Of a stretch of DNA of 64,000 nt, positions 19,298-26,983 are shown one piece after another (the first letter of the stretch is position 1; each line of letters begins with the position of its first letter). The notes under the pieces are model-generated. The model worked only from the letters and a program-made list of their open reading frames with translations, had not been told where the DNA came from and searched no databases. Made by a program: the position numbers and the translations under genes. The DNA is from Verrucomicrobiota bacterium (lineage in GTDB: Bacteria; Verrucomicrobiota; Verrucomicrobiia; Chthoniobacterales; UBA10450). The stretch covers positions 2,029-66,028 of the forward strand of contig QHNK01000028.1 of NCBI GenBank assembly GCA_003218415.1. Direction: 5' to 3'.

Positions 19298-20323
19298 GTG
19301 AGCAACCGCATTCCTCCTGCCGCAAAGAGTTTTACTTCACTGGAGCAGACTTATATCGTTGGCATTGTGCCCATTCGTTTTCCAAAAAAGAGCCGGCGAA
19401 ATATTGTTCGCCAAGCGTCACGAGACGGCGCGCCCGTAAAACGTTCCACGCGCGTCCGGTTGCGTCCGCGAGCTGACTGGCACAAGCGTAATTTTCTTAC
19501 GAGCGTGTTGATTCCTTCGCTCTTCGTCAAACGTTCCGGCGGCCCAGCGGCTCCGCAATTCCCGAAAATCCGCGAAGGCGAGATCTGCATCACCTGGATC
19601 GGTCACGCCTCATTTCTCATTCAGACGCACGAGGTGAATATCTTGATCGACCCGATCTGGTCGAAATGGCTCAAGGTGATCAAGCGGTTGAAACAACCAG
19701 GCTTCGAAATTCATCATTTGCCTTCGATTGATTTTGTCCTAGTGACTCACGCTCACTTCGATCATCTCGATCGGCGCACGCTGCGGCGCGTTGCAGCAGA
19801 TCAACCAATCGTCGTGCCCATGGGCGTGGGGAATTTGGTGCACGATCTCGGATTCCATATCGTGCATGAACTGGATTATTGGCAGACGCTCGAGCTTGGG
19901 CCGCTGAAAATTTCGCTCACGCCCTGCCATCACTGGGGCGCTCGGTTCCTTGCGGATTTGCATCGGGACTTTGGCGGATTCGTCATCGCGTCGAATGGCC
20001 GCACGATTTTTCACTGCGGCGACAGTGCCTATTTTCCCGGGTTCAAGGAAATCGGCGACCGCTTTAACATCGAGGTCGCATTACTTCCCATTGGCGCTTA
20101 CGAAGCGCCCACCGGTCGTGAAGTTCACATGAATCCTGAGGAAGCGGTCAAAGCGTTTCTCGAGCTCCGTGCGAAGACGTTGATCCCGATGCATTACGGC
20201 ACGTTTCCGCTCGGTTTCGAGCCGCTCCATGAACCACCGCAACGATTGCTCACAGCCGCCCGCGCTCACGACATTGAGAAAAAGGTTCTTGTGATGACCG
20301 AGGGAAAGCCGGTGGTGCTATGA
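19298..20323 (+). CDS. MBL-fold metallo-hydrolase
   Basis: ITWIGHASFLIQ, the metal motif VTHAHFDHLD, and later HCGDS. The start is uncertain: GTG 19298 lies only ~30 nt from the divergent gene, and in-frame GTG/TTG codons occur downstream. Confidence 0.8.
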   Translation: MSNRIPPAAKSFTSLEQTYIVGIVPIRFPKKSRRNIVRQASRDGAPVKRSTRVRLRPRADWHKRNFLTSVLIPSLFVKRSGGPAAPQFPKIREGEICITWIGHASFLIQTHEVNILIDPIWSKWLKVIKRLKQPGFEIHHLPSIDFVLVTHAHFDHLDRRTLRRVAADQPIVVPMGVGNLVHDLGFHIVHELDYWQTLELGPLKISLTPCHHWGARFLADLHRDFGGFVIASNGRTIFHCGDSAYFPGFKEIGDRFNIEVALLPIGAYEAPTGREVHMNPEEAVKAFLELRAKTLIPMHYGTFPLGFEPLHEPPQRLLTAARAHDIEKKVLVMTEGKPVVL

Positions 20324-20796
20324 AAAAGAAAACGCCGAACGTCCAACGTCCAACGTCCAATATAGAATTCGAAAGGTGGCGTATTACTGAGGTTTTTGAT
20401 GGAAAGTACGCATCTAAGAGCAAGTCCGTATATGATCTCGAAGACAGGCTGCTAGAATTTGCCGCGAATATTGTCGAACTCACAGAGTCATTGCCAAATA
20501 CCCGAGCTGGAAATCACATTGCCGGACAGCTCTTCCGATCCGGGACATCATCTCTTTCCAATCACGGTGAAGTCGAGGCCGCAGAATCACGCAGAGATTT
20601 CATTCACAAACTACGAATTTGTCTCAAGGAACTGCGTGAAACAAAGCGCTGGTTGCGACTTGTAGGCCGAGTAAAGAACCTCGGCACACCTGCAAACTTC
20701 ACCGTCTGTCTCAATGAAGTCGAAGAGCTGATCCGGATTTTCGTGGCCAGCATCCGGACGGCTGAGAGAAGGCCAAATGATATGCGCTCCCTCTGA
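20320..20796 (+). CDS. four-helix-bundle protein (23S rRNA intervening-sequence protein family)
   Basis: ...YDLEDRLLEFAANIVELTESLPNTRAGNHIAGQLFRSGTSSLSNHGEVEAAESRRDFIHKLRICLKELRETKRWLRLV... matches the family pattern. The only in-frame ATG (20320) overlaps the upstream TGA and places the heptamer repeat in the N-terminus (KTPNVQRPTSNI). Confidence 0.8.
   Translation: MKKKTPNVQRPTSNIEFERWRITEVFDGKYASKSKSVYDLEDRLLEFAANIVELTESLPNTRAGNHIAGQLFRSGTSSLSNHGEVEAAESRRDFIHKLRICLKELRETKRWLRLVGRVKNLGTPANFTVCLNEVEELIRIFVASIRTAERRPNDMRSL
20327..20361 (+). repeat. left arm of inverted heptamer array (CAACGTC)n
   Basis: AGAAAACGCCGAACGTCCAACGTCCAACGTCCAAT. 7-nt periodicity. Imperfect reverse complement of 20801..20838. 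Confidence 0.8.
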
Positions 20797-20800
20797 GTTC

Positions 20801-20838
20801 GACGTTGGGCGTTGGGCGTTGGGGGTTGGGCGTTTTCT
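20801..20838 (-). repeat. right arm of inverted heptamer array
   Basis: GACGTTGGGCGTTGGGCGTTGGGGGTTGGGCGTTTTCT. Its reverse complement is AGAAAACGCCCAACCCCCAACGCCCAACGCCCAACGTC. Confidence 0.8.
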
Positions 20839-20845
20839 GTGTTAG

Positions 20846-23074
20846 ATGTCCGCTCCGCGCTCCACGCGTTCGGAAATTCCTGGCGCGGTAACGGCAGGAC
20901 TTATCGTCGTCTTCTTCTGTCTTCTTCTGCTCTGGCACGATCCGCTCGTTTTTTGGAATGACGATTATGAATTGTCTGTGCTGCCTGTGTTCGCCGACAT
21001 CGCGCGCAGTTGGTCGGAGGGTCATTGGCCGATTCTAAGTCCGTATTCTTGGGTCTGCGGCAATCTCGCTGGCGAATTTCAGTACGGCACGTTCTCGGTC
21101 TTTATAAATGCAGCCGTCATTCTCATCTGGAAATTTCCGATGACGTTTCCCCAACAAGCCGCCGCACTTTCCATCGCGCACCTGTTTGTTCTGGCGATGG
21201 GCGCATTCTTGCTTGCGCGCGACCGGCGACTTTCAATTCCATTGTCGATCTTTGTCGCGCTGGTTGCTGCTCTAAACGGCTGGTTCATTTGCTGGGGCGC
21301 GACCGATTGGTTCGGCGCGCTCGGCGCGTTTACCTGGCTGCCTTGGGCATGGTGGGGAGCGGAGCGCGCAATGGATCAACAGCGAACGAAATGGCGATTC
21401 CTTTGGCCGGCGCCGTTCGTTTACCTCGTCGTCACCGGCGGATTTCCGTACACAGTTTTGATGATGCTGCTCTTGATCGCATGGTTGGCGATCAAGGCAA
21501 TGTGGGAGCGGCCTCAGAGCGGCGATAGCCGGGACACTAAGGTCCCTCCCGCATTGGCAATCTTGCCGATGCTTTTTGGTGTCGCGCTCGGTTTCGGATT
21601 GTCCGCGCCCGCGTGGCTCGCGATTCTCGATCTCGTTCACGGTTCAGCGCGCGAATTGCAGTCGCCAGCAGCACACTGGCAATGGCTTGTTCCACCAGCG
21701 GCATTGCCCGGTTTGATCTTGCCATGCTGGACTGTTAATTGGGCGGATTTTTCCAGCCGTTATCTGCCACACACGGCGACCGAATTAACATGCGGGCTCG
21801 TCGCTCCCGCCGCACTTATCGCTGGGTTCTTCTGGCGCGGACGTATGCTCGTCAGGCAAATTAAGTGGGAGCTTCTCTTGCTCTTGCTCTTGCTCTTGCT
21901 CTGCATGATTCCAACGGCGGGTCTTTTCCGGTGGAGTTTTCGCTGGCTGCCTTTTTTCTATTTGGTTCTGGCAATTTGCGCAGCGGAAGTGCTGCAAGTG
22001 CGGCCGGGGTCACCGACCCCGGCTACAGCGGCGCTCGGTCTCGTCGTTTTGACGGCTATCGCAATGTTCGTCCTGCGCGCAACTGGCACCTACGCTTTCC
22101 CTCTGACATGGATTTTACTCGGACTCGCGGGCATTTGGTGGCTGGCAACGCTTTGGTTGCGTGATTCTGAATTTCAAAAATGGGGACCGGTTGTGATCAC
22201 GTTTTTGGCATTTCTCGCTACATATTTCTACATCCCGACAAACTGCTGTGTGCCGAAATACAATTTTTCTCAAGACCTGCTTAAACCTGCGCCGCTCGAT
22301 CCCCGCCGGCTTTATCTCAGCATCTATCCGTGGGCAGAGCTTACCTATTGTGTGGCAAACAAACCACAGCCAGTCGGCCATGTTCTGCGCCCGGGAAGCA
22401 CGTCGATGTGGGCTGGATTGCATTTTATTAATGGCTACAGCCCAATCAGAGCCGCTGGCGTGGCGCGCGAGTTCGCGGCCACGATCCACGGTGAAATCAA
22501 TCCTGCAGTGGGAGAATATTTGCTCAATCATCAAGCTGGTGAGGGTGGGGAACTAGCATCGCTGGGAGTGGACGGAATCGTCGTTGCGCGAGAAATCGAT
22601 CTTCTGCCGCAACCATCCTCTGAATGGCAGCTCGTCGTTTCAACAGATGAAGGACGCGTCTTTCATCGGCGCGGCGCGCCATTCGCGCGCGTGCGCTCGG
22701 TCACGTCGATCGATTCGCAGCCTGACGAGCAGTTTGTGGCCGCAACGATTTCGCAGGTCGATGATTCGCGAGACCGAGTGGAAGTTGATATCGATGTGCC
22801 GAGTGGCGATCGGCCTGCGTTGCTGACTTTTTCGCGGCCGTATTTTCGCGGATATCAGGCGCGCCTGGGCGATCAAAAACTCGCCGTCACTTCCTATCGC
22901 GGATTATTTCCAGTGGTGAAAATCCCAGCGAGCATGCATGGGCGGCTCACTCTTGCCTATCGGCCATATTGGCTGATCTGGGGAGGCGGCGCCGCAATCG
23001 CCTGTGCTTTAGTTATCGCGCTGAGCCTTGTCGCAGCGATTCCGCGAGGTACGCCCGACCAAAGGGTTACATAA
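20846..23074 (+). CDS. large polytopic membrane protein (possible glycosyl/lipid-linked-sugar transferase-like), function unknown
   Basis: 742 aa, more than 12 hydrophobic segments followed by a soluble beta-rich C-terminal part and a terminal TM. Contains a 10-Leu run encoded by (CTCTTG)n. Confidence 0.8.
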   Translation: MSAPRSTRSEIPGAVTAGLIVVFFCLLLLWHDPLVFWNDDYELSVLPVFADIARSWSEGHWPILSPYSWVCGNLAGEFQYGTFSVFINAAVILIWKFPMTFPQQAAALSIAHLFVLAMGAFLLARDRRLSIPLSIFVALVAALNGWFICWGATDWFGALGAFTWLPWAWWGAERAMDQQRTKWRFLWPAPFVYLVVTGGFPYTVLMMLLLIAWLAIKAMWERPQSGDSRDTKVPPALAILPMLFGVALGFGLSAPAWLAILDLVHGSARELQSPAAHWQWLVPPAALPGLILPCWTVNWADFSSRYLPHTATELTCGLVAPAALIAGFFWRGRMLVRQIKWELLLLLLLLLLCMIPTAGLFRWSFRWLPFFYLVLAICAAEVLQVRPGSPTPATAALGLVVLTAIAMFVLRATGTYAFPLTWILLGLAGIWWLATLWLRDSEFQKWGPVVITFLAFLATYFYIPTNCCVPKYNFSQDLLKPAPLDPRRLYLSIYPWAELTYCVANKPQPVGHVLRPGSTSMWAGLHFINGYSPIRAAGVAREFAATIHGEINPAVGEYLLNHQAGEGGELASLGVDGIVVAREIDLLPQPSSEWQLVVSTDEGRVFHRRGAPFARVRSVTSIDSQPDEQFVAATISQVDDSRDRVEVDIDVPSGDRPALLTFSRPYFRGYQARLGDQKLAVTSYRGLFPVVKIPASMHGRLTLAYRPYWLIWGGGAAIACALVIALSLVAAIPRGTPDQRVT

Positions 23075-23104
23075 GTACGCAATAATGTTGAGCTGTGATA
23101 TGAT

Positions 23105-23566
23105 TTGGTTCGATTTTACCCAATCGTGAAAAGGTCACTCGTCGCGCTTACCATATTTTTCTCTGCCTTCGCTGCCGTGCTCGGAGATCTCAAGCCCAGC
23201 GATTCGAGCGCTCCAGTCCTGCAATATTTCGCACCCGTTCAAATCGCTCCAAGGGCTGGCCATGCAGATGCACCCAACTTTACTTTCGATGCGGGAAAGC
23301 CGTTGCTTACGATAAGGTCTGTCCGCCAGTTAATCCCTCATCGAGATGGAAAAGGCATTACAATCATTCTAAATGAAAAAGACAAACAGCGATACGCGGA
23401 GCTGACCCGCCGATTTAAAGGTCGCCTGCTGATATGTGTTGCTGCAACCGATGTGATCAGCATCGAGCAGATCACTTCTCCGGCGGAGAACGGGATGATT
23501 GAGTTTAGTGATGCCCGCTATACGGGGCATATCGCCAGATATCTTCGTCGCCGATTTGGCATGTAG
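23105..23566 (+). CDS. hypothetical exported protein
   Basis: 153-aa ORF with TTG start (alternative GTG a few codons in). N-terminal hydrophobic segment SLVALTIFFSAFAAVLG. No motif recognised. Confidence 0.5.
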   Translation: MVRFYPIVKRSLVALTIFFSAFAAVLGDLKPSDSSAPVLQYFAPVQIAPRAGHADAPNFTFDAGKPLLTIRSVRQLIPHRDGKGITIILNEKDKQRYAELTRRFKGRLLICVAATDVISIEQITSPAENGMIEFSDARYTGHIARYLRRRFGM

Positions 23567-23587
23567 CGTTGCCGGGTCCTGGCGCCG

Positions 23588-24811
23588 CTACAATTTTTTT
23601 GGATCTTCGAGCAGATCGATCACCCGCTTGAGCAAGCGTCCTGCGCCGCCACCGTCGATGCTGCGATGATCGAAACTCAATGTGATCTGCGCTTCGGTTT
23701 TGGGAACGAACTCGCCTTTCGCTTCATCCCATGACGGCGTTTTTTTCCCGACGCCGAGACCGAGCAGCAATGTCTGGTCTGGCAGCGGAATCGGGGTGCC
23801 CCATTCCATTCCGAAGGTTCCGAAATTGGAAACCGTAGCGATGCCGCCGGCTTGCATGTCGGGCGAAATTCGCCGTTGTCGGGCAAGATCGACAAGCTCC
23901 TTGTATTTTGTCGTAAGATCGGCAAGAGAGGTTTTATCTGCGCCGCGAATCACCGGCACCATGATTCCATCCTCCGCTTCAACCGCAATGCCTACATCAA
24001 TGGAGTTTGATTGCACTACGCGGTTGCCGATCAATTTCGCCGCTGCGCCCGGATTTTCCTCGAGAGCGAGCGCGAGCGCGCGCAACGCGTAAAGACCAGG
24101 ACCTGGCTTTGGATCACGCGATTGCCGATCTTGCAGCACCGGGTCGAGATTTACCGACGAGCCAATGGTCGAAAGCGGGCGCGTCCAACTCCGCCGCATC
24201 GCATCCGCCACGCCGGCGCGAATGGCGGAAGCTTCATGCGCGGTCTGTTTCTCGATCTTGTGCAGGAAATTCTCGAGATCCTTAATCGTGACGCGAGTGC
24301 CTGCGCCAGTGCCGATGATCCCGGCCAAGTCCGCCGTTGTTAATTGCAACTCGGCCATGCGTGCGCGCACGCGCGGCGACATGAAAGTGGCGCCTTTCGT
24401 GATTGCCGGAACGGGCAGGTCGCCAACGCGCGCGCCGTCGCCGTCGCGCGCGGCAATTTTTCTCTCTCGCGCCGGAGCAACTTCCTGATCAGCGCGCGCG
24501 GGAATTTCTTCAGCCACTTCTCGCTGTGAAGGAGGCGGCACTTGTTTCGCGAATCGCGCCGCGTCTGCCTCGCTCGCTTCTACGTAGCCAAGCACTGCAC
24601 CGACCGGGTATGTCTGCTTTAATTGCACCGTGATCTTGTCAATTTTGCCTTTGCATGGCGTGGTCACGCCCATGACCGCTTTGTTGGTCTCGACGTCGAT
24701 AATTTCCTGATCATCCACGACGTCGTCGCCCGGTTTGATCTTGATATCGACGATGGTGGCTTCGGCGATCGATTCGCCCAGCTGCGGCATGATGATCGGG
24801 ACTTGCGGCAT
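23588..24811 (-). CDS. 2-oxoacid dehydrogenase E2 (dihydrolipoamide acyltransferase)
   Basis: Lipoyl domain MPQLGESIAEATIV...ETNKAV. The catalytic C-terminus has ...SFDHRSIDGG. ATG 24811 lies 5 nt after the E1beta stop. Confidence 0.9.
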   Translation of the reverse strand: MPQVPIIMPQLGESIAEATIVDIKIKPGDDVVDDQEIIDVETNKAVMGVTTPCKGKIDKITVQLKQTYPVGAVLGYVEASEADAARFAKQVPPPSQREVAEEIPARADQEVAPARERKIAARDGDGARVGDLPVPAITKGATFMSPRVRARMAELQLTTADLAGIIGTGAGTRVTIKDLENFLHKIEKQTAHEASAIRAGVADAMRRSWTRPLSTIGSSVNLDPVLQDRQSRDPKPGPGLYALRALALALEENPGAAAKLIGNRVVQSNSIDVGIAVEAEDGIMVPVIRGADKTSLADLTTKYKELVDLARQRRISPDMQAGGIATVSNFGTFGMEWGTPIPLPDQTLLLGLGVGKKTPSWDEAKGEFVPKTEAQITLSFDHRSIDGGGAGRLLKRVIDLLEDPKKL

Positions 24812-24816
24812 AGATT

Positions 24817-25785
24817 CTATTCTCGCAGCAGTGCGCGAGCTTTGGTTGCGATATGTTGCGCGTTCGGCCGATGCGCGCTCCAAAGATTTGGATGATACGG
24901 AATCGGAGTGTCCTTGGCGTTGAGACGTTGCGGCGCTGCATCGAGCAGATGAAACCCCTGGCTGGTGACGCGTGCGATGACTTCTGCGGTCGCGCCGCCC
25001 CAGGGAAATGACTCGCCGACGCAGAGCAAACGTCCCGTGCGCGCGACGGATGCCAGCACCGTGTCGGTATCAAGCGGTTTAACCGTGCGCAGATCGACCA
25101 CTTCAACTTCGAAACCTTCACGCGCGAGTTCTTCCGCCGCTGCGAGAGATTCCTGAACCATTGCACTGTAGCTCACGATGGTGAGATCCCGTCCCTCCCG
25201 CGCAATCCGCGCGCGACCGGTCGGCAAGCCCTTCTCCGGCAGCTTGTCGGCTTTGAGATGGTAATAGAGATATTTGTGTTCGCAGTAGATGACCGGATCA
25301 TCAATCGCTACGGCTTCAATGAGCATGGTATAGGCGTCTTCCACCGTCGCGGGAGTCATCACAATCAGTCCCGGATAATGCGCATAAATTGATTCCATCG
25401 ATTGACTGTGAAATGGCCCGCTGCCTTTTGTTCCGCCCGAAGGCAGACGCACGGTTATTGGCACGGGCATGCCTGTTCGCCAGTGATGGGTGCCTGCATT
25501 GTTTAGAATTTGATTGAGCGCAATGCTGGAGAAATCGGCAAACTGCATTTCGACAATCGGCCGCATTCCCTGCATGGCGGCGCCAATTGCGGTGCCGACG
25601 ATCGCGTCTTCACTGATCGGCGTGTTCAATACGCGCCCAGGAAATTCCTTCGCGAGGCCTTTCGTGGCCTTAAATGCACCGCCGAATGTTCCGCCGACGT
25701 CCTGTCCGTAGATGAAAACTCGTTCGTCATCACGGAGCAGTTTTGCCTGTGCTTCGCGGATTGCTTCGAGATAGGTGATGCTCAT
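24817..25785 (-). CDS. 2-oxoacid dehydrogenase E1 beta subunit
   Basis: MSITYLEAIREAQ...DERVFIYGQDVG..GG.F..T.GL...F...RV.NTPISE, the typical transketolase-like E1beta. ATG 25785 overlaps the E1alpha stop (ATGA). Confidence 0.9.
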   Translation of the reverse strand: MSITYLEAIREAQAKLLRDDERVFIYGQDVGGTFGGAFKATKGLAKEFPGRVLNTPISEDAIVGTAIGAAMQGMRPIVEMQFADFSSIALNQILNNAGTHHWRTGMPVPITVRLPSGGTKGSGPFHSQSMESIYAHYPGLIVMTPATVEDAYTMLIEAVAIDDPVIYCEHKYLYYHLKADKLPEKGLPTGRARIAREGRDLTIVSYSAMVQESLAAAEELAREGFEVEVVDLRTVKPLDTDTVLASVARTGRLLCVGESFPWGGATAEVIARVTSQGFHLLDAAPQRLNAKDTPIPYHPNLWSAHRPNAQHIATKARALLRE

Positions 25786-26816
25786 TCGAAAGAATCGACA
25801 AGGTCGCGCGTCGATAACGCGCACCAATCTTCTTTGTCGCCCTCAGGCGCGGGCTCTTTTTGCGCACTGGCAATTGCCTCGTCCACCTGCGCGGCTGCGT
25901 GTTTGCGCCACTCGGCGAGCGTCTCCGCGTCCGAAAGATTAAGGTCGATAATTGTCTGCTCGGCCACCTTCAGGCAATCGCGCGCGAACGGCTGCTGCTT
26001 GATCTCCTCCGTCACATAGCTTGCATCATCGTGCTCCCCATGCCCGGACAGGCGCAGGACGGACGCGACGACCAATTGCGGCGGACGACCTGCGCGCGCG
26101 CGTTTCACCGCGCTACCGATTACGTCCAGGCACGCAGCGAGATCGGTTCCGTCGAGACTATAGCCTTCGAAGCCGTAGCCGAGCGCGCGGTCAACCAAAT
26201 CATGACACGCGAATTCGCGGTCGTTCGGCGTTGAGTAAGCGTAATGATTGTTTGTCGCGACGACCACGAGCGGCACTTGTTCGACAGCAGCGATATTCAT
26301 TCCCTCGTGGAACGAACCGGTCTGCATTCCCCCTTCGCCGATGGATGCCAGGCCGACGAAATTTTTCTCCCCTTTAAATCGCTTCGCCAGTAATGCGCCT
26401 ACCGTGACCGAAATCATCGCGCCGAGATGACTAATCATGGCAAGTTCGTTCTTGCGCGGATGGCCCCGGTGAATGTTGCCGTCGCGTCCGCGCATCGGGC
26501 CGAGGCGCGAGCCGAGATACGTGCGCGTTACGTCGAGCAGCGGTTCGCCAAATGCGGAGCGTCCGGCCTGGTCGCGAATCAATGGCGCGAAGATATCGCC
26601 TTTTTGCAAAAATAACCCGCATGCGACGCTGATTGCCTCCTGGCCTTTGCCGATATAAACTCCGCCCGTGATCAACCCGCCGCGGTACAGGCTCACCAGC
26701 TTTTCTTCCAGGGTGCGCGCCAGAAGCATCCAGCGAAACGCTTCGAGGAAGCGCTCGTGCAGCGGCGCGGCCTTTTTTGTTTTTGATTTTGCGCTGCGCT
26801 GCGCCGTCTGAAGCAT
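25782..26816 (-). CDS. 2-oxoacid dehydrogenase E1 alpha subunit (TPP-dependent)
   Basis: 344 aa with the TPP motif region ...GEGGMQTGSFHEGMNIAAVEQVPLVVVATNNHYAYSTP. Confidence 0.9.
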   Translation of the reverse strand: MLQTAQRSAKSKTKKAAPLHERFLEAFRWMLLARTLEEKLVSLYRGGLITGGVYIGKGQEAISVACGLFLQKGDIFAPLIRDQAGRSAFGEPLLDVTRTYLGSRLGPMRGRDGNIHRGHPRKNELAMISHLGAMISVTVGALLAKRFKGEKNFVGLASIGEGGMQTGSFHEGMNIAAVEQVPLVVVATNNHYAYSTPNDREFACHDLVDRALGYGFEGYSLDGTDLAACLDVIGSAVKRARAGRPPQLVVASVLRLSGHGEHDDASYVTEEIKQQPFARDCLKVAEQTIIDLNLSDAETLAEWRKHAAAQVDEAIASAQKEPAPEGDKEDWCALSTRDLVDSFE

Positions 26817-26936
26817 CGGGCAATTCTACGCGACATCGACAATCCCGCGCAAAAATTTTTTTGCGGAGCGCAGGCATCTTGCCTATGGGGCCAGCGGGCT
26901 TCCAGCCTGCTGAATCTGGAAAACGAGCATTTAATC

Positions 26937-26983
26937 GGCAGGCGAGACGCCCGCCTGCCTCACAGGCAAGATGCCTGCGCTAC
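26937..26983 (-). repeat. 47-nt double-hairpin REP (GCAGGCAAGATGCCTGC type), starting at the smc stop
   Basis: The reverse complement GTAGCGCAGGCATCTTGCCTGTGAGGCAGGCGGGCGTCTCGCCTGCC matches 33702..33748 at 42 of 47 positions. Confidence 0.75.

Noticed and set aside
20320-20796. Diversity-generating retroelement, since Avd proteins share the four-helix-bundle fold
   Set aside because: There is no reverse transcriptase, no template/variable repeat pair and no target gene with an adenine-mutagenised repeat nearby.
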